64,000 nucleotides of DNA from Pseudomonadota bacterium. Its GTDB lineage: Bacteria > Pseudomonadota > Gammaproteobacteria > Pseudomonadales > Halomonadaceae. The notes under the pieces are model-generated. The model made no database searches and was not told where the DNA came from. It saw only the letters and a list, made by a program, of their open reading frames with translations. The translations under genes were made by a program, and so were the position numbers. This document shows positions 30,291-42,025 of this stretch, one piece after another. Every line of letters begins with the position of its first letter. The first letter of the stretch is position 1. The stretch covers positions 15,002-79,001 of the forward strand of contig JBNJFC010000001.1 in NCBI GenBank assembly GCA_051746485.1. Reading direction: 5' to 3'.

Positions 30291-31769
30291 ATGCCACGTC
30301 TTCGTCTCGCTCGCTACGGGTGGCTTTGTGCCGCCGCCCTGACAGCCAGTACGCTATTTTACAGCACAGGCGGCGCGGCACAGGGTGTCTATCAATCAGG
30401 CGGCTACCAACTGCCCACGTTAAGCACCGCTTCATCAACAGTAACCAGCGAGGAGACCCGCTTAGGCCGCGCTTGGTTGCGGCAGTTCCGCGCTCAAGCG
30501 CCGCAATGGCAGGACCCTATCGTCCATCACTACCTTGATCGCTTAGTCGCGCGCCTGGCCCCCCACAGCCATATTAACGGTATCGATACTGTCACGGTGA
30601 TGGTCGATAGTCCCTCGCTGAATGCGTTTGCCGTGCCGGGCGGAGTGATTGGCGTAAATGCGGGGCTATTCGCCTTTGCTGAAGATGAGGGCGCCTTTGC
30701 CTCGGTGATCGCCCATGAACTCGGCCACATCGCCCAGCGCCACTACGCGCGTGGTACGGCCCGCGCCGAGCAGACCCAAATCCCCGCCATGGCGGCCATG
30801 CTCGCGGGCATGATAATTGCTGCCAGTGGCGCGGGCGATGCGGGGATTGCGGCGGCGATGGGGTCACAGGCAGCGCTTTTGCAAGATCAGCTCGCCTATT
30901 CGCGGCGCTATGAAGAAGAAGCCGATCACGTCGGCCTGCAAGCACTTGCGGCTGCAGGTTACGACCCCGATGCGATGGTGCGGATGTTTCGTGACATGCA
31001 GCGCATGGCAAGGCTACAAGGCGGCACCCCGCCCGAGTTTCTGCTCACCCACCCCATCAGCGAAAACCGCTTAAGCGATACACAGGCCCGTGCCGCGCAA
31101 CTTGGCGTGAGCGATTCGCGCCGTAGCGATACGCTCTACGACATGATGCGCGGCCGTGCACTTTTGCATATTCACGCCAACGACCCGCAGCAAGCCATTA
31201 CACGCTTGCGCCAAGAAAACGCAGACGATGCCGCCATTACCTACCTTGACGCGCTCATTGCTGCACGCAACGGGCATACCGAACAGGCACTGCAAACCCT
31301 CGACCGCCTATCGCGCGCGCACCCAGATTATACCGCCCTGCCCGCCTCTGCCGCCCACGTTGCCTTAGAAGAGCGCCGCTTTGAGGATGCCATTGAGCGC
31401 AGCCAGCACTTGCTTCGCTTAATGCCAGGCTATCTGCCTGCTCAACTGATTCTTGCCGAGGCGCAGCTACAGCGCGACCCATCTGCGGCGTTTGACTTGC
31501 TGCGTGACATTACCGCCGAACATCCTGAGACACCGCAAGCCTTCAACTTGCTGGCCGAAGCCGCCGGGCGCAGCGATCATAGTGGCTGGGGGCATTTAGC
31601 CCGCGCGGAGTATTTACAACTGACCGGCCGTGTGGACCGCGGTATTCGTCAGCTTGATATCGCACGCGATGTTGCCGAGCAAGAGAACGACACGCGAGTG
31701 TTGGGGCGCATCGAGCAGCGCCGCGAGGCATTTATTCAATACCGCGAGGCGCTCGATAAGTTTCGCTAG
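30291..31769 (+). CDS. bepA: M48 metalloprotease BepA/YfgC (TPR-containing)
   Basis: Signal peptide, NAFAVPGG, HELGH, YSRRYEEEAD and FLLTHP. ATG 30291 with SD GAGGA. Confidence 0.9.
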   Translation: MPRLRLARYGWLCAAALTASTLFYSTGGAAQGVYQSGGYQLPTLSTASSTVTSEETRLGRAWLRQFRAQAPQWQDPIVHHYLDRLVARLAPHSHINGIDTVTVMVDSPSLNAFAVPGGVIGVNAGLFAFAEDEGAFASVIAHELGHIAQRHYARGTARAEQTQIPAMAAMLAGMIIAASGAGDAGIAAAMGSQAALLQDQLAYSRRYEEEADHVGLQALAAAGYDPDAMVRMFRDMQRMARLQGGTPPEFLLTHPISENRLSDTQARAAQLGVSDSRRSDTLYDMMRGRALLHIHANDPQQAITRLRQENADDAAITYLDALIAARNGHTEQALQTLDRLSRAHPDYTALPASAAHVALEERRFEDAIERSQHLLRLMPGYLPAQLILAEAQLQRDPSAAFDLLRDITAEHPETPQAFNLLAEAAGRSDHSGWGHLARAEYLQLTGRVDRGIRQLDIARDVAEQENDTRVLGRIEQRREAFIQYREALDKFR

Positions 31770-31805
31770 GGGGTTAGAGCGCTGGGGATTAAAGGCTGAT
31801 AGCGA

Positions 31806-32834
31806 TTAGCGCTGAAAGTTAAGCATGCGCTCCAACGGCTTGAGCGCTTGTTGGCGAAGCGTGTCATCGACAAACACTTCGCCAGTGCCTTTGCGCAATG
31901 CGCCGGCGAGATTGTCTAGCGCGTTCATCGCCATCCACGGGCAGTGCGCGCAGCTACGACAGGTCGCGCCGTTACCGGCGGTGGGGGCCTCAAACAGCGT
32001 CTTCTCCGGTACGGCTTGCTGCATCTTAAAGAAGATACCGCGGTCGGTGGCCACGATCAGCTTATCGTTGGGCAGCGTTTGCGCGGCTTTGATCAACTGC
32101 GAGGTCGAGCCCGCGACATCGGCAAGCTGAACCACCGGCTCGGGCGACTCGGGGTGGACGAGCACCGCCGCGTCCGGGTAAAGGCGCTTTAAATCTTCTA
32201 CACCTTTGGCTTTAAACTCTTCGTGGACGATACAAGCACCATCCCACATCAGCATATCGGCGCCGGTTTTTTTCTGAATGTAGCCACCCAGGTGTTTATC
32301 CGGTGCCCACAGAATCTTCTCGCCTTTCGCCTGCAAATGCTCAATCACATCAACCGCGATGGATGAAGTTACTACCCAGTCGGCGCGCGCTTTCACCGCC
32401 GCCGATGTATTGGCGTAGACCACCACGGTACGGTCAGGGTGCGCATCGCAAAACGCGCTGAACTCATCCGCCGGGCAGCCGATATCCAGCGAGCAAGTCG
32501 CCTCTAGCGTGGGCATCAACACGCGCTTTTCCGGTGAGAGAATCTTGGCCGTCTCGCCCATAAAGCGCACACCCGCGACCACTAAGGTCGTCGCGTCGTG
32601 ACGGGCGCCAAAGCGTGCCATTTCGAGAGAATCCGCCACACAACCGCCGGTCTCTTCGGCCAGCTGCTGAATGGCATCGTCGGTATAGTAGTGCGCTACC
32701 AGCACAGCGTTGTGTGCTTCTAGCAGGCGCTTAATTTCTTCAACACGCGCCTGATCTTCCGCGGGAATCCGCGTGGGGCAGTATGCACTAGGGAACTGCG
32801 TATCGAGCTCCGCTTGAGAAGTCATAATCGTCAT
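31806..32834 (-). CDS. nadA: Quinolinate synthase A
   Basis: [31 protein letters not shown] and CAHCPWM. Start may be 32825, 32834 or 32846. Confidence 0.97.
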   Translation of the reverse strand: MTIMTSQAELDTQFPSAYCPTRIPAEDQARVEEIKRLLEAHNAVLVAHYYTDDAIQQLAEETGGCVADSLEMARFGARHDATTLVVAGVRFMGETAKILSPEKRVLMPTLEATCSLDIGCPADEFSAFCDAHPDRTVVVYANTSAAVKARADWVVTSSIAVDVIEHLQAKGEKILWAPDKHLGGYIQKKTGADMLMWDGACIVHEEFKAKGVEDLKRLYPDAAVLVHPESPEPVVQLADVAGSTSQLIKAAQTLPNDKLIVATDRGIFFKMQQAVPEKTLFEAPTAGNGATCRSCAHCPWMAMNALDNLAGALRKGTGEVFVDDTLRQQALKPLERMLNFQR

Positions 32835-33060
32835 CGTGTCTACCACTGTGACAAACAGGGAATCCCCCTGTTAAACATCGACCGCAGCGTATGCACTCCG
32901 CATGCGCCGCGCCTAAGCGGCCAGCCGTTGCGTCTCTCGCGATGGATGGCCTGATCGTTTCGCGATTTTAGACTATTCTGCTAGCAAAATGTTGCATGCT
33001 GCAAGGGCAATTGTCATATGCATGTCACGTAACGACCCTCTATTTTCCGCCCTCACAGCA

Positions 33061-33093
33061 AAACGCCCCTGGCAGCAAGCTGCCAGGGGCGTT
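33061..33093 (-). terminator. Terminator of the tRNA-Lys pair
   Basis: AACGCCCCTGGCAGC-AA-GCTGCCAGGGGCGTT, followed by a T-tract on the minus strand. Confidence 0.85.
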
Positions 33094-33098
33094 GAATC

Positions 33099-33174
33099 TG
33101 GTGGGTCGTGTAGGATTCGAACCTACGACCAATTGATTAAAAGTCAACTGCTCTACCAACTGAGCTAACGACCC
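33099..33174 (-). tRNA. tRNA-Lys (anticodon TTT)
   Basis: GGGTCGTTAGCTCAGTTGGTAGAGCAGTTGACTTTTAATCAATTGGTCGTAGGTTCGAATCCTACACGACCCACCA, 76 nt with encoded CCA. Confidence 0.98.
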
Positions 33175-33214
33175 TTTCTAGCGGTCTTACACCACTTACT
33201 ACATCATTCGGGAT

Positions 33215-33290
33215 TGGTGGGTCGTGTAGGATTCGAACCTACGACCAATTGATTAAAAGTCAACTGCTCTACCAACTGAGCTAACGACCC
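33215..33290 (-). tRNA. tRNA-Lys (anticodon TTT), identical tandem copy
   Basis: Same 76-nt sequence, separated from the first copy by a 40-nt spacer. Confidence 0.98.
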
Positions 33291-33306
33291 GCCCGAACGG
33301 ATGCAT

Positions 33307-33335
33307 ATCTTACGGATACGGGGTGGCATCCGCAA
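33307..33335 (-). promoter_or_regulatory. Sigma70 promoter of the tRNA-Lys pair
   Basis: TTGCGG-17 nt-TAAGAT on the minus strand, just upstream of the first tRNA. Confidence 0.65.
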
Positions 33336-33367
33336 GCCTTTTCGTCTTTCTCTTTGCTTTTTATTGC

Positions 33368-34270
33368 TTAGCGACGCTTATTTTTATGCGTCGTTTTATG
33401 CATACCGGGCTTACGCATGGCTTGAACCGGACGACGTTTGTTCTTGTCGCGGCTCCAGCGGTTTTTCTCATCCGGCGTCAACTCCGGCACTTTACGCGAT
33501 TCAAGGCCCGCCAGGGTGGCCAGATCATCGACTTCATCCTGCCCCAGTTCTACCCACTCACCGGCTTTGGCGCGCTTATCGAGGAAGATGTTGCCGTAGC
33601 GCACGCGCTTCAAGCGGCTCACCGTCAGCCCTTGCGACTCCCACAGGCGGCGAACCTCGCGGTTGCGGCCTTCCAAAATGACCACGTGGAACCAGGTGTT
33701 AATGCCTTCGCCGCCGAACTCCTGCACGTCAGTAAAGCGCGCGGGACCGTCTTCCAGCATTACCCCGTCGACCATTGCGACGAGGTGCTCTTTTTTCACC
33801 TCGCCCATCACCCGCACGGCGTATTCACGCTCGACCTGGGTGGAGGGGTGCATCAGTCGGTTGGCTAGCTCGCCGTCGGTGGTGAAGAGCAACAGGCCGC
33901 TGGTGTTGATATCCAGCCGCCCAATGGCAATCCAACGCTCGCCTTTCAAGCGCGGTAGGCGATCAAACACGGTGCGACGCCCTTCCGGGTCTTTACGCGT
34001 GCACAGCTCGCCTTCGGGCTTGTTGTACATGATCACACGGCGCGGCGTTTCTTCTTCAGTGCGCAGGGTGACCGGACGCTCATCAAAGGTCACCTTGTCA
34101 CGCAGCTCGACGCGATCACCTAGTTTCGCGACCTGATTGTTCACCCGCACCCGGCCATCGGCGATGGCTTTTTCCATCTCACGGCGCGAACCTAGCCCGG
34201 CGCGTGCGAGGACTTTTTGCAGCTTTTCACTGGTGACGGGGGAGGTGTTACTGTCCTGATTCATGCTCAT
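33368..34270 (-). CDS. rluB: 23S rRNA pseudouridine 2605 synthase
   Basis: [18 protein letters not shown]4 domain, [12 protein letters not shown] catalytic motif and EGRNREVRR. Confidence 0.95.
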   Translation of the reverse strand: MSMNQDSNTSPVTSEKLQKVLARAGLGSRREMEKAIADGRVRVNNQVAKLGDRVELRDKVTFDERPVTLRTEEETPRRVIMYNKPEGELCTRKDPEGRRTVFDRLPRLKGERWIAIGRLDINTSGLLLFTTDGELANRLMHPSTQVEREYAVRVMGEVKKEHLVAMVDGVMLEDGPARFTDVQEFGGEGINTWFHVVILEGRNREVRRLWESQGLTVSRLKRVRYGNIFLDKRAKAGEWVELGQDEVDDLATLAGLESRKVPELTPDEKNRWSRDKNKRRPVQAMRKPGMHKTTHKNKRR

Positions 34271-35030
34271 CTGATTTCTCTTCTGTCGACGTGCGTTCGG
34301 GCTCATCGCCGCGCTGCGCACGTGCCGCTAGCCGTGCTTCCAAATCGGCAAAGCTCAGCGGCGAGTTTAACGCCGTCTCGGCGTGTGGGTCGGCCTTCTC
34401 GGCCGTCTCAGGGGGCGCATCCTGCCCCGTTTTATCGTCGACGTCTAGGGGTAATTCTGCAGCGCCGCTGTCAAGGCTTTCGTCATCCGCCGTCGCCGCT
34501 GCCGTAAGCGCATGCATCGGCGGCAACGCATCCAAGGTTTTCAGGCCGAAGTCGTCTAAAAAACCGCGCGTGGTGGCGTAAACCGCCGGACGACCCGGCA
34601 CATCACGATGCCCCACCACACGAATCCAGCCGCGCTCCATCAGCGTACGAACAATCGAGCTCGACACGCTTACCCCGCGTACCTCTTCGATATCACCGCG
34701 GGTTACCGGCTGGCGGTAGGCAATCAGCGCCAGTGTCTCTAATAGCGCCCGCGAGTAGCGCTGTGGGCGCTCGTCCCACAGCCGCGACACCCAGGGGGAC
34801 AGCCGTGGGCGAATGCGCAGCTGATAGCCCGAGGCGGTTTCGATGAGCTCTAACGCACCGTTAACGTGCCGGCGCTCCAGGCGCGAAAGTGCCTGTTTGA
34901 TATCACCTCTCGGCGGGCATTCGGCATCCAGAAACAGCGTTTCTAACCGCTCAAGTGCTAGCGGCTCACCGGCGGCAAGCAGCGCGGCTTCGAGAATATC
35001 GTCTAAGGTCGTTGCCCCGTGATCGCTCAT
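34248..35030 (-). CDS. scpB: SMC-Scp complex subunit ScpB
   Basis: [41 protein letters not shown] and FLDDFGL. Confidence 0.95.
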   Translation of the reverse strand: MSDHGATTLDDILEAALLAAGEPLALERLETLFLDAECPPRGDIKQALSRLERRHVNGALELIETASGYQLRIRPRLSPWVSRLWDERPQRYSRALLETLALIAYRQPVTRGDIEEVRGVSVSSSIVRTLMERGWIRVVGHRDVPGRPAVYATTRGFLDDFGLKTLDALPPMHALTAAATADDESLDSGAAELPLDVDDKTGQDAPPETAEKADPHAETALNSPLSFADLEARLAARAQRGDEPERTSTEEKSDEHESGQ

Positions 35031-35992
35031 CTCATGTCCTCGAACGGGGTTTCATCAAAGGGGCTTTCATCAAAAGAGGTTCCATCAGCAACGCCTTCAC
35101 CGCCTTCCGTCACCTCGATAGGACCTTCTGGCGCCACTTGCCGCGCTCGCACGTGGATGGGTGAGAGCGGGGCATTTTGTACAATTTCGATCATCGCTTC
35201 TTTGGCCAACTCCAAAATGGCCATAAACGTGACCACCACCCCAGCGCGGCCCTCTTCCAGGGTAAAAAGTGCCTCAAAGGGCGTATAGCGGCCGGGCGCG
35301 CGCTGCAGGTGTTCCATAATCACAAGCATCCGCTCGCGGGTGGAGAGCACTTCGCGGGTGATCTGGTGCGTCTGGGTCAGCTCGGCGCGTTTGAGAAGCC
35401 CGGCAAGTGCGCCGAGAAGTTCGTCCAGCTCGACCTCGGGGTGAACGACGCGCGATTCCAACGGCGGCAACCCCGCTTGCACGCTGAACCAGTCGCGCCC
35501 CATGCGCGGCAGCGTATCGAGTGATTCCGCCGCTTCTTTGAGGCGTTCGTACTCTTGCAACCGCCGAATGAGTTCAGCGCGGGGGTCTTCCTCCTCGTCG
35601 CCCTCTTCCTTGGGCGGGCGCGGCAGCAGCGTGCGCGATTTGATCTCGGCGAGCATCGCCGCCATCAGCAGATACTCACCGGCCAGCTCAATCTCCATCG
35701 CCTTCATCAGCTCGACGTATTCGATGTACTGATGAGTAATAGCGGCGACGTTGATATTAAGAATATCCAGGTTTTGGCGCCGAATAAGATACAGCAGCAA
35801 ATCCAGCGGCCCTTCGAAGGCCTCCAGAAACACCCGCAGCGCTTCCGGCGGAATATACAAATCCTCCGGCAGCTTTGTAATCGGCTCATCAAACAGCCGC
35901 GCCACCGCTTGTGTCACAGCGGCGTCGCCGTCGGCTATCGGTTCACTGATCTCAGGCGTCTCGCTCACGCGGGTCGACTCTCTTGGTTGCAC
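35027..35992 (-). CDS. scpA: Segregation and condensation protein ScpA (kleisin)
   Basis: FEGPLDLLLYLI, EIKSRTLLP, DPRAELIRRLQEYE and VVTFMAILEL. Confidence 0.95.
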   Translation of the reverse strand: MQPRESTRVSETPEISEPIADGDAAVTQAVARLFDEPITKLPEDLYIPPEALRVFLEAFEGPLDLLLYLIRRQNLDILNINVAAITHQYIEYVELMKAMEIELAGEYLLMAAMLAEIKSRTLLPRPPKEEGDEEEDPRAELIRRLQEYERLKEAAESLDTLPRMGRDWFSVQAGLPPLESRVVHPEVELDELLGALAGLLKRAELTQTHQITREVLSTRERMLVIMEHLQRAPGRYTPFEALFTLEEGRAGVVVTFMAILELAKEAMIEIVQNAPLSPIHVRARQVAPEGPIEVTEGGEGVADGTSFDESPFDETPFEDMR

Positions 35993-35995
35993 ACG

Positions 35996-37843
35996 TTAAT
36001 ACGCCTCCACCGCTTTGCGAAAGCGCCCTTGGTAGTCAAACAGCTTATCGCGGATTTGAAAATGCCGCCCTACCTTACGGCCGACGACAAAATCCGGGTG
36101 GCGCAGGCGGCGCTGCTCGGCGATGACCTCCTCGGGTGTCGTTGGCTGCCATCCACTCCCGGGGGCACGTAGGTGGTCGCGTAGAAAAGCGACGTAAAAC
36201 GCACGACGCTGGGCCGGCGTTTCCAGCGCAAACCACTCGGCGAGGGTAGTGCCATCCTCATCGAAATACGTCACTTTCAAGCGCGGTAGTCCTCGCCCGT
36301 TGGCGGTGGCTTCGAGCTGCATACCGCTAACCCTCAGCACCCGAGCATCTTTGAGCTTCAAAGCGTCTTTAAGCTTGTCGTCGGCGTCGACCAGAAGCTG
36401 CTGGCAGCCGTGGCAGCGCCGCGCGGCGATATCGTTTTCAGCGCCGCAGTCGCTGCACACTTTAAAGCGAAAACGAAACTCACATTGCTTTTTATAGGCG
36501 CCCGATGCCGCGCCACGGCTGCCGTTGTCACTCTCGACCAAGCCCTGGCAGCGACGGCCAAAATGCTCAATCACGAGTTCGCCGTCGCGTTTGCCCCAGA
36601 ACAGATTGGCGTGGCCGCAGTCAGGGCATTCCACCTGTACCGGCTCGCTGTCGCTATCGGGCTTGGGTTCGCCCACTTCCGGCGCGTAAAGATCCCAAGG
36701 GTTGCCGGCGTAGTCGAGCACCAGGCAATCCTCCTTGCCCGGCGAAAGACGCAGGCCGCGTCCGACAATCTGCTGATAGAGACTCACCGACTCGGTAGGC
36801 CGCAGTATGGCAATCAAATCCACGTGAGGCGCGTCGAACCCGGTCGTAAGCACGGCGACGTTAACCAGATACTTAAGCTCTCGCGCTTTAAATGCCTCAA
36901 TCAAGCGTGTGCGCGTCTCCGACGCCGTTCCACCGGTGATCAGCGCCGCCTGCTCACCGGGCAGATAGCCCATGATCTCTTCGGCGTGGGCGACCGTCGC
37001 GGCAAAGATCATCACGCCTTCTCGCTCACGCGCGTGCTCAATGATATCAGCGATAATCTGCGGCGTGGCGCGGTTACCCGCGACCACACGGTTTAAATCC
37101 TCCTCACGAAAAACGCCGTGGCTACCCGGCGCCAGCGCCGAGAAATCGTAGTGCGCCACCGCCATATCGCGCCGCTCGGGCCTTGCCAGATAGCCCTGCT
37201 TGACCATCAGACGCAGCGGCTGCTCGAACACGCAGTCGCGAAAGAAGCAGTCGTCACTTCCGCGCACCATGCCGTGGTGGTGACGATGGTAGATAAACCC
37301 CTGCCCCAGCCGGAAGGGCGTCGCGGTTAACCCCAAAATCTTAAGTGTAGGGTTCTGGGCGCAAAGATGATCGATCACTTGGCGGTAACTGGCGTTGTCA
37401 TCCAGCGAAACACGATGGCATTCATCAATCACCAGCAGAGTAAAGCCGGCGTCCTCAAAGCTTGCCAAGTTGCGCACCACCGATTGCACCGAGCCAAACA
37501 CCACTTGGCGCGCGGCCTCTTTGCGCTTTAGCCCGGCGCTAAAGATGTCCGCTTTTAAGCCGTACGCCTCAAACTTGGCGTGGTTCTGTTCCACCAGCTC
37601 GCGCACATGGGCCAGCACCAGCACCCGCCCCTTCGCCAAACGTGCAAGCTCCGCGATTACCAGCGACTTGCCGCTACCGGTGGGCAGCACCACCACGCTG
37701 GGGTCGCTCGATTGGCGAAAATACGCCACCACACGCTTGACCGCCTCGCGCTGGTAAGGGCGCAAGCACGGTGGCGAAGACGTAGAAGACGAAGACAGGG
37801 AAGGCGGCCCGGTGGCCGCCTTCTGGTCGTGGCTGACAGACAT
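35996..37843 (-). CDS. radD: RadD/YejH-like DEAD/DEAH helicase with zinc ribbons
   Basis: [38 protein letters not shown], and C-terminal CPDC...[14 protein letters not shown] 37843. Confidence 0.9.
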   Translation of the reverse strand: MSVSHDQKAATGPPSLSSSSTSSPPCLRPYQREAVKRVVAYFRQSSDPSVVVLPTGSGKSLVIAELARLAKGRVLVLAHVRELVEQNHAKFEAYGLKADIFSAGLKRKEAARQVVFGSVQSVVRNLASFEDAGFTLLVIDECHRVSLDDNASYRQVIDHLCAQNPTLKILGLTATPFRLGQGFIYHRHHHGMVRGSDDCFFRDCVFEQPLRLMVKQGYLARPERRDMAVAHYDFSALAPGSHGVFREEDLNRVVAGNRATPQIIADIIEHAREREGVMIFAATVAHAEEIMGYLPGEQAALITGGTASETRTRLIEAFKARELKYLVNVAVLTTGFDAPHVDLIAILRPTESVSLYQQIVGRGLRLSPGKEDCLVLDYAGNPWDLYAPEVGEPKPDSDSEPVQVECPDCGHANLFWGKRDGELVIEHFGRRCQGLVESDNGSRGAASGAYKKQCEFRFRFKVCSDCGAENDIAARRCHGCQQLLVDADDKLKDALKLKDARVLRVSGMQLEATANGRGLPRLKVTYFDEDGTTLAEWFALETPAQRRAFYVAFLRDHLRAPGSGWQPTTPEEVIAEQRRLRHPDFVVGRKVGRHFQIRDKLFDYQGRFRKAVEAY

Positions 37844-37860
37844 CGTGTTAGTTAACCACG

Positions 37861-40800
37861 CTAGCCGAGCCAAACGCGGGCATTGCGGAACAGCCGCAGC
37901 CAGGCGCCGTCTTGGGTCCACTCAGCGGGGCGCCAGGAGTTGGTAACCGCGCGGGTCACGCGTTCTGGGTGCGGCATCATGATAGTCACGCGGCCGTCCG
38001 GGGTGGTTAGGCCAGTGATGCCCGAGGGCGAGCCGTTGGGGTTAGCCGGGTAGCGCGTGGTGGCTTGGCCGTAGTTGTCGATGTAGCGCAGCGCCACCTG
38101 TTGGCTCGACTGCATGTGGCGCAGATGGGCACTGTCGCGGAACGCGGCGCGGCCTTCGCCGTGGGCGACGGCGATGGGCATTTGGGAGCCTTCCATACCC
38201 GCCAGAAGAATCGACGGGCTTTGCTCCACGCGCACCATCGCCACCCGCGCTTCAAACTGCTCAGATTCGTTACGCAAGAAAGTGGGCCAATCTTGCGCGC
38301 CGGGAATCAGCGATTTCAGCTGCGACAGCATCTGACAGCCGTTACATACGCCCAGCGAAAAGCTGTCGTCGCGCTGGAAGAAGCGGGCGAACTGCTCGCG
38401 GGCACGCTCGTTAAACAGCACCGATTTCGCCCAGCCACCGCCAGCGCCGAGCACGTCGCCGTAGGAGAAGCCGCCACACGCCACCAAGCCCTTGAACTCG
38501 TCCAGCGAGACGCGGCCTTCGAGGATATCGCTCATGTGTACGTCGACGGCGTCAAAGCCCGCTTTATCGAACGCCCAGGCCATTTCCACCTGGCCGTTGA
38601 CGCCCTGCTCGCGCAGCACCGCCATCGCCGGTTTGGCCGTGTTGACAAACGGCGCGGTAATATCCTCGTCGACATCAAACGTTGGCGTCGCCGAAAGCCC
38701 CGGGTCGCGGGCATCCAGCAAGTTATCGAACTCGTTCTTGGCGCATTCGGGGTTATCACGCAGCGCCTGCATGCGGTAGCTGGTCTCCGACCAGGTGCGC
38801 TGCGTCAACTGGCGAGTGGTTTCGAGCAGCGGCTCTTCAAACAGCGTCACGCGTACCTGATCGTCGTAACGCGGGCGGGCGATGACGCCGCAGGTTTCAA
38901 TCCCTGCCATGGCGAACTGCGTCAACGCCGCTTCGGTGTCGGCACGCTTGACCTGAATCACCGCCCCCAGCTCTTCCGAGAACAGTGCATTGAAGGCTTC
39001 TACCGGCTCGTCGATCAGCCAGTCGAGCTTGATCTCAAGGCCCGCGTGAGAGGCAAACGCCATCTCTAACAGCGTCACCAGCAAGCCGCCGTCGCTGCGG
39101 TCGTGGTAGGCGAGCAGCTTGCCATCGCGGTTTAAGCCCTGAATCACCTCGAAAAACGCTTTGATATCCTCCGGGTCGTCGACATCCGGGCACTCGTTAC
39201 CGACTTGGCCGTAAACTTGCGCCAAGGCCGAGCCGCCGATGCGGTTTTGGCCATTGCCCAAATCGATCAAGATCAGGTCGGATTCTTCCTGCTCCAAGTT
39301 GATTTGGGGTGTCAGCGTGGCCATGGCATCGGTTACCGGGGCGAAGCCGGTCACCACCAGAGAAAGCGGCGAGGTGACGCTTTTCTCCTCGGTTTCCCCT
39401 TTGGCGCTCTCCGCTTGCCAGGCGGTACGCATCGACATCGAATCCTTGCCCACCGGAATGGCAATGCCCAGCGCCGGGCAAAGCTCCATCCCCACGGCAT
39501 GCACGGCGTCATACAGCGCCTGGTTCTCGCCGGGGTGGTTAGCCGCGCTCATCCAGTTGGCGGAGAGCTTGATATCGCTGAGCTTAGCTATCGGCGCGGC
39601 GGCGAGGTTGGTGATCGCCTCCGCCACCGCAAGACGCGCGCTCGCGGCCGGGTTAATCAGCGCCACCGGTGGGCGTTCGCCCATCGCCATCGCTTCGCCC
39701 GTGTGGGTGTCGAAGCTTGCCGTGGTCACCGCGACATCGGCCACCGGCACCTGCCACGGGCCGACCATCTGGTCGCGCGCCACCTGGCCGGTAATCGAGC
39801 GGTCGCCAATGGTGATCAAAAAGCTTTTGGACGCCACCGTGGGCAGGCGCAGCACGCGGACCATCGCTTCACGCAAATCCAAATTATCCAGCATCACGCC
39901 GGAAAGCTCGGGCGTGTGGCGGCTGAATTCGCGCTGCATTTTGGGCGGCTTGCCGAACAGCACGCTCATGGGTAAATCGACGGGCTTGGTCTCGTCGGCC
40001 TGTGCCTCAAAATGGCCATCGCGGACTTCCAAGTGGTGCGCTTCCAGCGCCTCTCCGACCACGGCGTAGGGGCAGCGCTCACGCTGGCAAAGAGCATCAA
40101 AGGTGTCGATATCTTCCGCTGCCACGGCGAGCACGTAACGCTCTTGTGCCTCGTTGCACCAAATTTCCAGTGGACTCATGCCGGGCTCGGCGTTAGGCAC
40201 GGCGCGAATATCAAACAATCCGCCGCGGCCGCCATCTTTCACCAGCTCCGGCAAGGCGTTGGAAAGCCCCCCGGCACCGACGTCGTGGATAAAGCGAATG
40301 GGATTTTGCTCCCCCAGTGCCCAGCAGCGGTCGATGACTTCTTGGGCGCGACGCTCGATTTCGGGGTTTTCGCGCTGTACCGAGGCAAAATCGAGATCAG
40401 CGCTCGATACCCCGGAGGCCATGCTCGAGGCCGCACCGCCGCCGAGACCAATCAACATCGCCGGGCCGCCCATCACGATGAGCTTGCCGCCCACCGGGAT
40501 ATCGCCCTTCTGAACGTGATGAGGGCGGATATTGCCATAGCCGCCGGCGAGCATGATGGGTTTATGATAGCCACGCCGTTCGATTCCGCCCTCGTTGAGC
40601 GATTCCTGCTCGTAGGTGCGGAAGTAGCCGGTGAGGTTGGGGCGACCAAATTCGTTGTTAAACGCCGCACCGCCAATCGGACCCTCAAGCATAATGTTAA
40701 GCGCCGACTCCATCCGCTCTGGCTTGCCGTAATCAAACGCCTCCCACGGCTGAACAAACTCAGGAATACGCAGGTTGGAGACGGTAAAGCCCGAAAGACC

Positions 40801-41829
40801 CGCTTTGGGCTTGCCGCCGATACCGGTGGCGCCTTCGTCGCGAATCTCGCCGCCGGAGCCGGTCGCCGCCCCCGGAAACGGCGCAATCGCCGTGGGGTGG
40901 TTGTGAGTTTCCACTTTCATCAGGATATGGATCGGCTCCTGATGGGTGGCGTACTGTGCTCGCTCATCATCCGCACCGGTTAACGGCGTGGGAAAAAAAC
41001 GCCCCGCGTGAGAGCCCTTGATCACCGCGGCATTATCGCTGTAGGCGGAAAGAATATTATCCGGCGAGGAAGCAAAGGTATTCTTGATCATCTTGAACAG
41101 CGAATGCGACTGCGCTTCGCCGTCGATCACCCAGTCGGCGTTGAATATCTTATGCCGGCAGTGCTCGGAGTTGGCCTGAGCGAACATCATCAGCTCGACA
41201 TCGGTGGGGTTGCGGTCAAGCTCGATGAACGCCTCTACCAGATAGTCGATTTCGTCATCCGCAAGAGCAAGGCCCAGCTCACGATTGGCGGTTGCCAGCG
41301 CCTCACGCCCGCCACTCAGCACATCCACTCGGCCCAACGGTGCCGGCTCGTGATGGGCAAAAAGCTTCGCCGCATCAGAGGCGTCAAACAGCACGGTTTC
41401 GGTCATGCGGTCATGTAAAAGCGCCACCAAGGCGTTGAACGCGTCTTCATCCGGCGGCGAGCTGAATGCAATGCGGTAATCGATACCGCGCTCGATACGG
41501 GCCACGTCGCTCACGCCACAGTTGTGGGCGATATCGGTCGCTTTCGATGACCAGGGCGACTGCGTGCCGATGCGCGGCACCACCAAAAAACGCTGCGCGC
41601 CGTTTAGTGACTCAACCGGGCCGCTGCTGTGCGTGCCATCGTCTTTGGCATAATCCAGAAGCTGTACCAAACGCTCACGGGCGGGTTCAGCCAACTCGCC
41701 GTGGTGTTCAATAAAATGGATATAGTCCGCTGTAAACGCCTCAACCTCGGGCACACGTTCACGCAGCGTTTCCAGTAGCCGAGCATGACGGAAAGCAGAT
41801 AGGGCGGGCGCGCCTCGCAGTTCGAGCAT
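37861..41829 (-). CDS. purL: FGAM synthase (large PurL)
   Basis: [47 protein letters not shown] and MMPHPER. Confidence 0.98.
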   Translation of the reverse strand: MLELRGAPALSAFRHARLLETLRERVPEVEAFTADYIHFIEHHGELAEPARERLVQLLDYAKDDGTHSSGPVESLNGAQRFLVVPRIGTQSPWSSKATDIAHNCGVSDVARIERGIDYRIAFSSPPDEDAFNALVALLHDRMTETVLFDASDAAKLFAHHEPAPLGRVDVLSGGREALATANRELGLALADDEIDYLVEAFIELDRNPTDVELMMFAQANSEHCRHKIFNADWVIDGEAQSHSLFKMIKNTFASSPDNILSAYSDNAAVIKGSHAGRFFPTPLTGADDERAQYATHQEPIHILMKVETHNHPTAIAPFPGAATGSGGEIRDEGATGIGGKPKAGLSGFTVSNLRIPEFVQPWEAFDYGKPERMESALNIMLEGPIGGAAFNNEFGRPNLTGYFRTYEQESLNEGGIERRGYHKPIMLAGGYGNIRPHHVQKGDIPVGGKLIVMGGPAMLIGLGGGAASSMASGVSSADLDFASVQRENPEIERRAQEVIDRCWALGEQNPIRFIHDVGAGGLSNALPELVKDGGRGGLFDIRAVPNAEPGMSPLEIWCNEAQERYVLAVAAEDIDTFDALCQRERCPYAVVGEALEAHHLEVRDGHFEAQADETKPVDLPMSVLFGKPPKMQREFSRHTPELSGVMLDNLDLREAMVRVLRLPTVASKSFLITIGDRSITGQVARDQMVGPWQVPVADVAVTTASFDTHTGEAMAMGERPPVALINPAASARLAVAEAITNLAAAPIAKLSDIKLSANWMSAANHPGENQALYDAVHAVGMELCPALGIAIPVGKDSMSMRTAWQAESAKGETEEKSVTSPLSLVVTGFAPVTDAMATLTPQINLEQEESDLILIDLGNGQNRIGGSALAQVYGQVGNECPDVDDPEDIKAFFEVIQGLNRDGKLLAYHDRSDGGLLVTLLEMAFASHAGLEIKLDWLIDEPVEAFNALFSEELGAVIQVKRADTEAALTQFAMAGIETCGVIARPRYDDQVRVTLFEEPLLETTRQLTQRTWSETSYRMQALRDNPECAKNEFDNLLDARDPGLSATPTFDVDEDITAPFVNTAKPAMAVLREQGVNGQVEMAWAFDKAGFDAVDVHMSDILEGRVSLDEFKGLVACGGFSYGDVLGAGGGWAKSVLFNERAREQFARFFQRDDSFSLGVCNGCQMLSQLKSLIPGAQDWPTFLRNESEQFEARVAMVRVEQSPSILLAGMEGSQMPIAVAHGEGRAAFRDSAHLRHMQSSQQVALRYIDNYGQATTRYPANPNGSPSGITGLTTPDGRVTIMMPHPERVTRAVTNSWRPAEWTQDGAWLRLFRNARVWLG

Positions 41830-42025
41830 ATCAGGGAGCCTCTAAAGCAGGAAAAGGTTCTGGGTAACGGTCAAGCAGGAAATCACCAAGCCGCAGGGCG
41901 ACCTTCTTTTATGACACTGATTACGCCCTATGATACTGGAAAGCGTGGGACACACGAAATCGGCAAGATGACAGCCCGGCTCGGCCTGGGTATCGTGACG
42001 TCATGACCAATGCCGATAAGATGCC

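Noticed and set aside
33099-33290. Direct repeat as attL/attR of an integrated element
   Set aside because: Both copies are complete tRNAs only 40 nt apart, and there is no integrase or cargo.
35996-37843. Helicase plus ScpAB as a Wadjet/MksBEF or restriction-type defence system
   Set aside because: The proteins have canonical RadD, ScpA and ScpB motifs. No SMC-like JetC, JetD, methylase or nuclease is nearby.
38065-41418. Multiple long + strand ORFs over purL
   Set aside because: They are antisense shadows in high-GC coding DNA.
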